Positions 50,506 through 60,286 of a stretch of 64,000 nt of DNA are shown here, one piece after another (within the stretch, counting starts at the first letter, position 1; every line of letters starts with the position of its first letter). The position numbers and the translations under genes are program-made. Source of the DNA: a virus. The DNA lies in the IMG/VR virus record IMGVR_UViG_3300042691_031577, positions 46,142 to 110,141 of that record; one strand, 5' to 3'. The notes below the pieces were generated by a model, which was not told where the DNA came from, did no database searches, and saw only the letters and a list, made by a program, of their open reading frames with translations.

Positions 50506-52001
50506 TTATTGTTTTGTTTCATCTTCACCCTCATCTAACCCAAACTCATCATACACATGTTCCATAACATTATATGCTTGTTCACCCGATAGAAAATGAC
50601 TTATAATCAGATCTAGTATTTGTGAATCCTGATAACCAAATTCTCTTAGGTTATCTAACATTGCAATAGCATTGTTTCTGTTTCGTAGTGTTGCCATTGT
50701 TATTTATTCATTAGGGACAGTAAAAATACCTATGTCAACTACTTGTACTTGTTTACCAACAAGATCATCAATAAAATATTTACAACCCCGTTCATCATAA
50801 AACATCATATCATCATTCCAATCCATTGGATTGTTCAAAACGGAAAATATATTATGGCCCTTTGCTGAGCTTTCTGTTCTACCCCAGTTATCAATAACCT
50901 CCGAGTAGTAAACAATTTTGATTGGTGTCATCGTTACTTAATTTTACCTTCTAAATGTGAAATAGCTACTTCAATTGCACCCTGTAAATAACCTACTATT
51001 TGAGCGTGTGGTATTTTATTATCCCACTGTTGTTCAGATGAAGCTAAACCTGTTTTTAACGCTTCAATTACTGCTTCAATTTCTTGTTTTGACATAACCT
51101 TAATTTATTAATTGTGATGTAAATGTATAAAGGAGGGCTTTGCCCTCCTAATCAACTTGAGTTTTAACCCAATCATGCAATGCTATTATTTCTTCGTAGA
51201 ATTGATAAACATCCATATCACCATCTTTAATAGCATCACGAAAATTTTCAATATCGTTTATTAACGTATTTAGTAAATATTCTTGTTCTGACATATTATT
51301 TATTTATTATTACTTAGTAAATATAACATCCTACTTCTCAGAAGCCAAACATGTTTTAACTTTTGATAAAACAAATTCATAAATATCTTGTTCATCAAAA
51401 CCTTCTTCAATCCAATTTTTACTTAGGATTTTAATAGTTTGTTCTAAAATTTCTACATGTTTAGTAGGACTCATACCTTCCATGTAATCTAATTTTTCTA
51501 AAAACATATTATTTATTAATTGTGACATTGTAAATATAACATTCTACTCCTCAGAAGCCAAATATTCATTTAACCCTACTAAATAACCTACTAACTCAGC
51601 TTCAACTACTTCATTAAAGATATTACTATTAACCAAACCATCAATTGTATCTTTAATATAAAGTAAGGCATTATAATTTTGTTTTTCAAAATCCTCACCA
51701 TTCCAAGTATCAATAAATTGTTCTGCTACAGCCCAACCATGTTTACTTTCAATAATTCCTGAGGTAATCGTTTCTATTCTCATATTATTTATTTATTAGA
51801 GTTAAACATATTGGAATAAACCTTATTACACACCTCACAATTGGCCTCAGTCAATCCCTCAATACGAGCCCAATTAGTTGCTAATGCAGGGGTACCACAT
51901 AAGTTACCTTTACCTGATTCATAGATGTGAGCGTTGTTACTCCATACTGTGCCTTTGTTTCCGTAAATACTAAACTGTGATTTTAATTCTGCTACTTTCA
52001 T
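50506..52001 (-). CDS. Run of short early hypothetical ORFs (50506-50697, 50704-50931, 50934-51095, 51148-51294, 51331-51528, 51544-51783, 51789-52001)
   Basis: Track ORFs plus two hand-translated ORFs (53 and 48 aa); tightly packed, several with promoter cassettes. Confidence 0.6.
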
Positions 52002-52193
52002 GTTTTAATTTATTAATTGTGATGTAAATGTACGAATAGTAGTCTTGCCAAACAAATAAACATTTTTTATGTTATACAGATAATAAAATTAATGTTAATG
52101 GTAAAAATGTTAAGATAATGCTTACAATAGCACTAAATAAATCTTCATGTTTCTTGATAAATTGTTTCATTTCAGTTTTGTTTTTAAAGTTAG

Positions 52194-52300
52194 TAGTCAG
52201 GACAGGATTCGAACCTGTATGCGTAACTTTCTTGGCCCCTCCCCAATGGCACGCTGTCCACTCGTTAATATAAGCGTCTAACCAATTCCGCCACCTGACT
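52194..52300 (-). ncRNA. tRNA-like RNA 3 (107 nt; tRNA-Leu-type D arm; expanded non-canonical interior)
   Basis: AGTCAGG-TG-GCGGAATTGGTTAGACGC...ACAGG-TTCGAAT-CCTGT-CCTGACT-A. Confidence 0.85.
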
Positions 52301-52467
52301 ATGTTTTTTACATAAAGATTGCCATTAATAAACAAGCAATCAATATAATGGTTATTCCAACTGTTCCTCCAAATGATTTAGTTTCCAATTGGTTTATTAT
52401 GAACTTTTTCATATTATTTAATTTTTATTATGATGTAAATATATAAACAATAATCTTGCCAATCAAA

Positions 52468-52632
52468 CTATCTTACAGTGTATTGGATCGTATCACCAAC
52501 ATTGTACTTTGTAGTGCTATAAACACTGTACGTAGTACTGTCTTTTGGTGATTTAGCCTCGTAGTGATAAGTACCATTACTGTACTCACCACAACATACA
52601 ATTACAAATAATTTTATGATAAGTGTTTTCAT
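52468..52632 (-). CDS. Small protein (54 aa), paralog of 46425-46586
   Basis: MKTLIIKLFVIVCCGEYSNGTYHYEAKSPKDSTTYSVYSTTKYNVGDTIQYTVR*. Confidence 0.75.
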   Translation of the reverse strand: MKTLIIKLFVIVCCGEYSNGTYHYEAKSPKDSTTYSVYSTTKYNVGDTIQYTVR

Positions 52633-52892
52633 AGCGCCTCAATTTGAGTTAATAATTCATCAACTTCATTATCCTGCAAATAACCTAACACATCACTTGT
52701 TATTGGTGTAGTGTAACATATGTCCCATTCTTCCTCATTACCTTTAATTACGGCTAGCTCCCACAATCCCCTATTTCCACCATATGAGAATTCATGTTGA
52801 ACAATTGATGCTCCATATCCGTTTGGATAGAAAACTAAATACTGAATACCGGTGTCGTATACAACACGACTTGGCAATGATTTAAATGACAT
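52629..52892 (-). CDS. Phage hypothetical protein
   Basis: PNGYGASIV...SYGG..GLWELAV...TPITSDVLGYL. Confidence 0.75.
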   Translation of the reverse strand: MSFKSLPSRVVYDTGIQYLVFYPNGYGASIVQHEFSYGGNRGLWELAVIKGNEEEWDICYTTPITSDVLGYLQDNEVDELLTQIEAL

Positions 52893-52946
52893 ATTGTTTT
52901 AATTTATTGATGTAAAGATAATATTTTAGCTTTGCCAATCCACCAT

Positions 52947-53900
52947 TTAAATTTCTGCAATAACATCATTCTCATCAATGTCAGTTGGAGTTGGTGTACG
53001 ATTAGCCCATTCTGATATAGCTTGTTGGAGATGAGCTCTTGCTTCTTGTACTGGGTTTGGGCGAGGTTCTGCTATCTCGTTCTCTAATAATGTATATTTG
53101 CTCATAATTAGACGTTCTTCTGCTTCAACTAATTCCTCACTACGTAAATCAGCGTTTGTAACCTTATTAGCTATTTGTTCTTTGATAATGTCTAATACAA
53201 AACTAGGTAAATCTGATTCCATTGAATCTATACGATCGTCTTTAGCATTCCAAAAACTAGTTTCCTTATCATAATCAGAGTTAATATTATGGAAAAATGC
53301 TACTTTATCACCTGTTTTTGTGTTTATACAATAAATCAATATACCACGACGTATGTACCTAAAAAAGTGTTCACTTTCATTTTTCATTGCAGTACACCAT
53401 TTAGTACCATAACCATATTTGACTGATGATTCGTGTGACAGCGGTTTGATAACCAGCCAATCTCTATCATCATTTAAAACGATAATTTGTTTTTCTAATT
53501 CCTTATCATTTAATCTTAACTCAGCCAAACCAATAGCTTTACTTAAATCAGAAAGAGTTGAGTAAGTTGATATATCGTTATTGGCAATAAGTTGTCTTTC
53601 ATTTAACTCATGGAATTTGTAAACATTAGACAAATCGCTGTGTTCAAAAAGACGTAAAAACTCATGAAACAATACTTTGGTAAAACGATCTTGATTTTTT
53701 ATTGTTTGAGGACATCCTACCTCTATGAATTCATCAAGATATGAATCTATATCTCTAAGTCCTAAAAATCTTTGTTTGATACTTGCTACAAACAAATCAA
53801 CATATTTTGATTTACCTGATGGGTCTATCATTTGGATAACATCCATCAATGTTAAATTCAAAAAATCATGTTGTTTTTTTAATGTTTTAACTTTGCTCAT
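52947..53900 (-). CDS. Hypothetical protein with YG.GTKWC domain
   Basis: WLVIKPLSHESSVKYGYGTKWCT. Confidence 0.75.
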   Translation of the reverse strand: MSKVKTLKKQHDFLNLTLMDVIQMIDPSGKSKYVDLFVASIKQRFLGLRDIDSYLDEFIEVGCPQTIKNQDRFTKVLFHEFLRLFEHSDLSNVYKFHELNERQLIANNDISTYSTLSDLSKAIGLAELRLNDKELEKQIIVLNDDRDWLVIKPLSHESSVKYGYGTKWCTAMKNESEHFFRYIRRGILIYCINTKTGDKVAFFHNINSDYDKETSFWNAKDDRIDSMESDLPSFVLDIIKEQIANKVTNADLRSEELVEAEERLIMSKYTLLENEIAEPRPNPVQEARAHLQQAISEWANRTPTPTDIDENDVIAEI

Positions 53901-54433
53901 ATTCTGATGTTTAGAATATCTTTTTTAATGTAACTAAGTTTAAGTTGATTTGTTTTAACAAAACTAGATTGAATATCGATTAACTCACAGACAATAAACT
54001 TATCTTCAACTTCAACCGACTTAAGAGCATAACTGAGTTGACATTTAAGTAAATTATCAGGAGTATATCTTATCTTGAATTTAATCACTTTCTTTTTCTA
54101 GGTTTGTAATTGAATTCGGCTTCGTCTTCAACAATAATTTGTTTTTTGGGTTTACCATACTTATTGTTCTTTTTCATTTGCTCTAACCAAGCACTTAAGC
54201 ATTCCCATTTTAATCTTTGACTCATATATTAGTTATTAATAGGTGTATATTGACGAATTTTAATACCAGCATACTTTGACTCTAACATAGCCTTAGCATA
54301 CGACCATTGAGAGGCCTCAACTACTTCTGTAAGTGACCTACCGTTAGCGGCAGGTGTAGTGAATGTAACTTTCCATTTATACATAATCTTCTTTATTTAT
54401 TGATTTAAAGATAATAAAATCGTTTTGCCTTCC

Positions 54434-54991
54434 CTAATCTAAGGCATAATAAAATCGTTGTTGATTGTATTTGGCAACCTGATTTGACTCAGCCAATACA
54501 CGATACGCTTGATTTGTATTATCATACACTCGCTCGAGTGATGATTCAGCCAGTAGTTGTTGACCTAATATTTGAGCAAACATATCATTTGATTCATTTA
54601 CTTGTTCTTGAGTTGAAGGTATCCCACAATAAACAGACTCACCTACTTCAGATACAAACATACCTGAATATATTCCATTCAAACCATACCAATCAACAAA
54701 TTTATCTGCATTACACCAAATAAACACGCTATTGTCTTTCTTTCTAAGAACCCCTACTACATTGTGGTCTATGATAAATCCATTTGTATTTTTAAATTTT
54801 CCAACTGAAAATAATCCAAATGGTGCTCCATGCCCCATCATCATAACTTGATCATGTTGGTCAATCATATCTATAACCTGCTCTTTGGTTACCCCACCTG
54901 TAACTACAGTTGTATTAGGTAACTGTTGATATATAGGGCGTAGAAAATCTGTAGACCTATCATCAGGATGTATTACTAAAATCTTTTTCAT
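54434..54991 (-). CDS. Hypothetical alpha/beta protein with a possible caspase/gingipain-fold His-Cys dyad
   Basis: VMMMGHG...VFIWCNA; hairpin promoter at 55003-55032. Confidence 0.5.
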   Translation of the reverse strand: MKKILVIHPDDRSTDFLRPIYQQLPNTTVVTGGVTKEQVIDMIDQHDQVMMMGHGAPFGLFSVGKFKNTNGFIIDHNVVGVLRKKDNSVFIWCNADKFVDWYGLNGIYSGMFVSEVGESVYCGIPSTQEQVNESNDMFAQILGQQLLAESSLERVYDNTNQAYRVLAESNQVAKYNQQRFYYALD

Positions 54992-55259
54992 ATTATAAAG
55001 TATAAAGATAAGAAAGGGGTTTTGACAACCCCAATCTTACACAATTAAAAACTAAAACACATGTGCCACAAACAAAGCACAGTTTCTTTATTCGAAATAC
55101 AACATTTCAACGCACGCTTGGTGATCAAACATACCCATATCTTCAAACATTGAATATGCACCATCTGGGTCTGATACAGATACAACTTCAATTACTTCGT
55201 GAACTACGTTTGCGCCAAATTCCTCTATAGCGTCTTGTATTTTATTATCTGTTGTCATA

Positions 55260-57344
55260 TTATTCTCTCCACCATTTATAGTGATCGGGTGATGTATTTA
55301 ATATACGTTTAGAGGGTTTTGGTTTGCGACCTCGTTTTGGACGACGTTCCTCCAAATCCTCTGGTTCTATTTTAGGCCATTTTGAAGCTGGGTTTTCGTA
55401 AAATGCTTTTTTACGTTCTTCATATGGAATATCATTCATTTCATTTTCCATGATTTAAATATACAAACTTTATTTTGCCTTCCAAAATATATTTTAAATT
55501 AATGCTGTTAACCATTTTGCAAACAAATAACCACTATATGCTCCTAAAGCAGCGGCCATAGGTAATACTATAAACTTGCCTAATTTAGTTTCATACTTAT
55601 TCCTATTCAATATAAATGAAATTAAAGTATAGTACAGTATGAAATTAATAAACACAGCTATGTCTATTTGTTTAGCCATAAACACTACAATACTATTACC
55701 TAAAAATCCCCAACCATAATTAACTAATGATTCTTGAATAATTTCTAGTGGTGTTGTTTTGGCGTCTAGTATTTTGATTTTTTTATTTATATGTTTTTTC
55801 ATTTATTTAAACTATTAGAAATACCACATTTGTGTTTATGTTGAACATACCATAATATCCTAAATGTCCCTAAAACAAAAAAGTAAGTATCAAATTCATT
55901 TATCTCATCTGTTGATTTACATATACCTGTATGGTAAGCTGGTATTTTTGTTTTAATAGTCTTAGCTGATTTAGGGAAAGTTTCAAATGATATACTATAT
56001 CGCTTTGTTAATTTGAATGATTTATACATAATTTACTTATTGTTATTAAATTTATAAATATAAGTTGTATCACATTTACCATCAACACATTCAATTTTTA
56101 TTGATGGTGTGATTTGTTTTTTAATTTCAAATGATTGCTTATCATTCCAACCCACATACATACTTAATATTACTAACGCAAATAAAGCAAATATAAATGT
56201 TCCTATATAATCATTATATCTATCTATAATAAACATTGCTATAAGTAAACATACTAATACAAATACTATTATTAATTCTATCATAATTTTTCTATTTCTT
56301 GTTTTACCAATTGCCAATAATGCATTACCATATCTTCATTTACCAAATTGAATTTTAGTAGCACATTCCTTTCTGCTTTTTCTATTTCATCTACTGCTAT
56401 TAAAGCACATTGTTTTACTCTTTGATTACTACCACCCAATGCAGTATCCAAAACAACTAAATTATATTTTTGAATCAGCTCTATTGCTTTTTCTCTCGGT
56501 GTCATAATCTCTTTTAATTTTTTCATTTATCGCCTCAGCGATGAATTTACCTACTTCATCCTGAAATTTAGCAGCCTCATCTTCTGTATCAAATTCATGT
56601 TGTAAAGCACCCCAACCTCTAACTTCTCCAATCATTTGACTCCCACCATCATCATCTTGTTTACTCCATAGGTACTGACCAAATGGATCATAATAAACAT
56701 CTTTAAGCCATTCTTTTAATTTCATATTTCAACTTCATATTTTGTATGTGGATAATAATCTAAACAATACACTTTAACCTTATCTTTTATAATCTCACCT
56801 CCAAATAAAAACTCATACTCATAATATCCCTCATAAGCATCACCATATTTAGATTGGTAAGGTATAAATCCTAAACATTTTGCTGTTTCATCTTTACCTA
56901 TACCATACCATTCATCTAATGCTAATCTTAAATCTCCAAATGTTGATGCTGTTGTTAATGGTATATTTTCATCTGAATCAACTGCTAAGTATGTTACTTT
57001 AATTCTTGTTTGTTTCATAATTTATTCAAATCTTCTTTTAATCGTCTTAAAAATGATTCTTCACCATCATCACCACTCACCAACCAATCTATTCGTTGAG
57101 CATAGATTTCAGCTTTTCTAAGTATGTCTAATCCCTCTTTAAACTTATCAATTACTTCATCAGAGTATTTATGATGATACAATTCATTGGGGTGTCGTTC
57201 ATAAAAATCATCTCCATACCATCGTTGATTTTCTTTAATCAACTCATCATCTATTTTCTTACCATTCTTTTCAATAAGTCGTTCTACACTATCAGCTATT
57301 TCTCTGATACGGTATTGATTATAATCAAAATGTCCTCCACTCAT
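55260..57344 (-). CDS. Run of short hypothetical ORFs (55260-55451, 55494-55802 membrane, 55799-56029, 56033-56317 membrane, 56281-56526, 56462-56725, 56722-57018, 57015-57344)
   Basis: Contiguous minus-strand ORFs, several with ATGA overlaps; no recognisable catalytic motifs. Confidence 0.6.
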
Positions 57345-57378
57345 ATTATTATTTTCTTACATTGTAAATGTAACAAAC

Positions 57379-57966
57379 TTATTTTGATGAGCCAAATCTC
57401 ATTTTTAAATTTTCTCTATTAATCATATCCTTTAATATTGAAACATAATTAGGATTCTCAGCGTATGATTGAGATAAATAATCAAAATACAGTTCTTCAG
57501 TTGTAATGTTTGATAGATATTTACATTGATAAAATGAGTAATCTAAAACTGATTCATACCATGTATGATAATAAGCATGGTTATTTTCAGTTCCTTTAGC
57601 AGTTGTTATACGTTGATGTGCTTCACGCATACCGAACAGATTATTATTTTCCCTAAATACTTTACTTGTAAAATTACCTGTTTCAAGTTTTGCTTGAGCT
57701 AATACTATGTGAGGGAATTTAATGTTTAATTCTTTTAGTTTTTCAATTAATTTGTCTTCTGAGAATTTATTATACTCTTGAATAACAATCAATTTTTCTT
57801 CCTCAGATAAACTGAGTAAAACATTTTTACCCAATTTATAGCCTGAGTAAAATAAAATAGAACCTAATACTGTTGTCACAATAATAGTGATGACAATAAT
57901 TTTACCTACTACATTAATTGGTTTTGGTTGTAGTGTTTTGGGATCAATTCTAAAGATGTTTTTCAT
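57379..57966 (-). CDS. GH73 glucosaminidase (peptidoglycan hydrolase) with N-terminal TM anchor
   Basis: VLAQAKLETG...NNLFGM...YAENPNY; start MKNIFRID at 57966, after the hairpin promoter at 57981-58011. Confidence 0.85.
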   Translation of the reverse strand: MKNIFRIDPKTLQPKPINVVGKIIVITIIVTTVLGSILFYSGYKLGKNVLLSLSEEEKLIVIQEYNKFSEDKLIEKLKELNIKFPHIVLAQAKLETGNFTSKVFRENNNLFGMREAHQRITTAKGTENNHAYYHTWYESVLDYSFYQCKYLSNITTEELYFDYLSQSYAENPNYVSILKDMINRENLKMRFGSSK

Positions 57967-58015
57967 ATTATTTGTTTTTATAAAGATAATAAAGGGGCTT
58001 TGACAGCCCCTATCT

Positions 58016-59176
58016 TTAGTGTGAATCTCCAACATCATGTTTTTCACTCCAAATTAAATAATCTGGGTTAATACACTTGTACACTTTATTTCGTTCTCCT
58101 GATGTATGTTTAATAACAATACCTTCATGTGGTACTTTAGTATCTTCAATATTATTATTGAATGTATATTTGTCTTGCATTTCTTGATTCCAATAACCTA
58201 TATATAAAACAGGTACGTGTGGTAAATCAATACCACCGATAAAATCAAAAGCCTTCCCAGCCATTGTGTAGTAAGTTTGCTCAGTAGATAAATAATTACC
58301 ATTCCATATAATATCAAACCCAGCAAACTCTAATTCTTTTAATCCGTAATCATAATTCTTTTGAATACCAGGACCATATATCTCACCATAAACCACTATC
58401 CCATTTCCAATTTCTGATGGTTTATGATTTTTAACAAACGCCCATAATTTATTTTTAATGTCGTATTTTTCAGCTACTGTTCTCCATACGTCTGTATCAT
58501 AGAAACCTTGTGAGTCACTACCTTTTTCTACATTATGAGAACCATAAACATATTCATAGTCAATCCATTTATCAGCTAAACCAAAGAATTTCTTTAACTT
58601 ATCCCAGAATGATAATTTATTTTTCTTAACAATACCATAACGAGCATTAGTACCATGTAACTTACGGGTGATTTGAACTTCATCTTCTTCAGTAAACATA
58701 CCGCTAACATTTTTAGCATTAGGAAATTTATAGTATACTTGGAAGTTTGGATTCTGGTGGTATTTAATTTTACGACCTGAAGACAATTGTACTTGTACTG
58801 CTGGTGGTTCGTATTTATAGATTTTAAATAAATCCATCATATCAGCACCTTCAGCCCATTTAGCTTTAGGATGTGTTAATTTCTCAGCATATCTAAATGG
58901 AATAATTAAACATTCACTATATACTCCTCTCAATTTAACAGTACGTACACGTTGACCTTTTCTTAAATAATTAGTCACGCCCATACTATCTGATAACTCT
59001 TGAGGTATAACAGCATCGGTAGTAGCTATGATTACTAAATCACCTACACTGTATTCACCTTTTTTAGTAATACAATTCCATCCACCAGCAACAACTTGTT
59101 CAATGTTGTCTGCACCTGGGATTGGTTTTACTTCGTTGATTGTTGTAACATAACAAACACTATTATTATTTTCCAT
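58016..59176 (-). CDS. RNA ligase, DRB0094/Rnl5-like (N-terminal OB fold + nucleotidyltransferase)
   Basis: PIPGADNIE...VKLRGVYSE, motif I TRKLHGTN, YGEIYGPGIQKN, FAGFDI, EGIVIK, YKCIN. Confidence 0.9.
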   Translation of the reverse strand: MENNNSVCYVTTINEVKPIPGADNIEQVVAGGWNCITKKGEYSVGDLVIIATTDAVIPQELSDSMGVTNYLRKGQRVRTVKLRGVYSECLIIPFRYAEKLTHPKAKWAEGADMMDLFKIYKYEPPAVQVQLSSGRKIKYHQNPNFQVYYKFPNAKNVSGMFTEEDEVQITRKLHGTNARYGIVKKNKLSFWDKLKKFFGLADKWIDYEYVYGSHNVEKGSDSQGFYDTDVWRTVAEKYDIKNKLWAFVKNHKPSEIGNGIVVYGEIYGPGIQKNYDYGLKELEFAGFDIIWNGNYLSTEQTYYTMAGKAFDFIGGIDLPHVPVLYIGYWNQEMQDKYTFNNNIEDTKVPHEGIVIKHTSGERNKVYKCINPDYLIWSEKHDVGDSH

Positions 59177-59202
59177 AACTTAAAGTTTTATTTCAAATCT
59201 AT

Positions 59203-60285
59203 TTACTCATAAGAATCTCTATCAATTTTAATTACATATGGAAATCTTGGAACACCATCAGGTGTTAAATTAAAATACTTAACTGTTGCTTGTTTACCTA
59301 TTAATGTGTCTTTTTGTTTCCACATTTCAGTACATTCTTCCCAATTGAATTTAGGTGAGGCATTAAATCGTTTACCATCTTTATTTTCAAATACAAATGA
59401 TCCTATCATACCTGTTTTATTACCACCACCTTCTTCAATATCAAGTATAGTATATTCTTCATCAATAAATGATTTATGTTTGAGTAATGATTTAGAACGT
59501 TTGTTTTCATATTCATTATCTAAACGAATCATTTGACCTTCATAACCTTGTTCAACATACTCAAAATAATAATTTTCTATATCTTCATCATCAAAACATT
59601 GATGAGTATCAACTAATACACAACATTCAGGTAATTGTAAACTCCACAATTTATTATATCTATCTGAAAATACTCCACTATATGAAGGTAAATCATAAAT
59701 GTGATACTGGATTGATTCAGCGCTTTTTTCTAAATCTTGTGCTGTTGGTTTAGTTTTCTTAACTAACGAGCATATAGCATTGAAATCATTTGCGAATTTA
59801 TCTGCGTATAACTCGCCGTCAAATATAAGGTCAGGGTTTGTGTCAAATAATGAAGACAACGCGTTAAAAATGTGAGGAGCCGATATAATCTTCTTACCAT
59901 TTCTACTCCACATACCGTCTGCTCTTACAATACAACGAATACCATCTAATTTAGGTTGTGAGTAAACTGGGTATTTGATTTTACTTTTATAATCATTGAA
60001 GTCTTGTGCTAACATTGGTTTGAAGAACACAGGTGTGTCGATGTCGTTTATATTTTCAAACGAACCTAATTCAATACGTTTACGATGTATTGCTTGTGCT
60101 TCTTTAAGTGCTTGCTCTTCTGCTGTGCAATATGATTTGGCTTCACAACACGTCCATTCACTTGTTGTTTTAATACCATCAGTATAACCTGATATTGTTC
60201 TATAGCAGTTATTCTCAACTTCAATAGTCCATTGAGTAACTTTACCTGTTGTTGATCGTTTGTATAGTGTGTTTAATAGTACCAT
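59203..60285 (-). CDS. ATP-dependent DNA ligase
   Basis: PMLA, QPKLDGIRC, FDGELY, YHIYD, GYEGQMIR, LLKHK, PRFP. Confidence 0.95.
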   Translation of the reverse strand: MVLLNTLYKRSTTGKVTQWTIEVENNCYRTISGYTDGIKTTSEWTCCEAKSYCTAEEQALKEAQAIHRKRIELGSFENINDIDTPVFFKPMLAQDFNDYKSKIKYPVYSQPKLDGIRCIVRADGMWSRNGKKIISAPHIFNALSSLFDTNPDLIFDGELYADKFANDFNAICSLVKKTKPTAQDLEKSAESIQYHIYDLPSYSGVFSDRYNKLWSLQLPECCVLVDTHQCFDDEDIENYYFEYVEQGYEGQMIRLDNEYENKRSKSLLKHKSFIDEEYTILDIEEGGGNKTGMIGSFVFENKDGKRFNASPKFNWEECTEMWKQKDTLIGKQATVKYFNLTPDGVPRFPYVIKIDRDSYE

Positions 60286-60286
60286 A

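Larger units (their letters stand above)
45600..52050 (-). repeat. Dispersed family of early promoter / cassette-boundary repeats (G[GT]CAA-N11-12-TAnnTTTA-(C/T)ATCACAATT)
   Basis: AATTGTGA on + at 45600, 45848, 46085, 46381, 46801, 47311, 48021, 51110, 51518 and 52015, each just upstream of an ATG. Confidence 0.85.

Noticed and set aside
45600-52050. Repeats considered as a CRISPR array or integron attC sites
   Set aside because: Spacing is gene-sized and irregular, the repeats are degenerate promoter motifs, and there is no cas operon or integrase in the window
44234-52335. ORFs 44234-44590, 44257-44448, 49875-50309 and the 5' part of 52072-52335, sharing VVRTGFEP or TGSNPVLTT peptides
   Set aside because: The shared peptides are translations of the conserved tRNA-like T-arm and acceptor. 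The likely real gene is 52072-52170 only.
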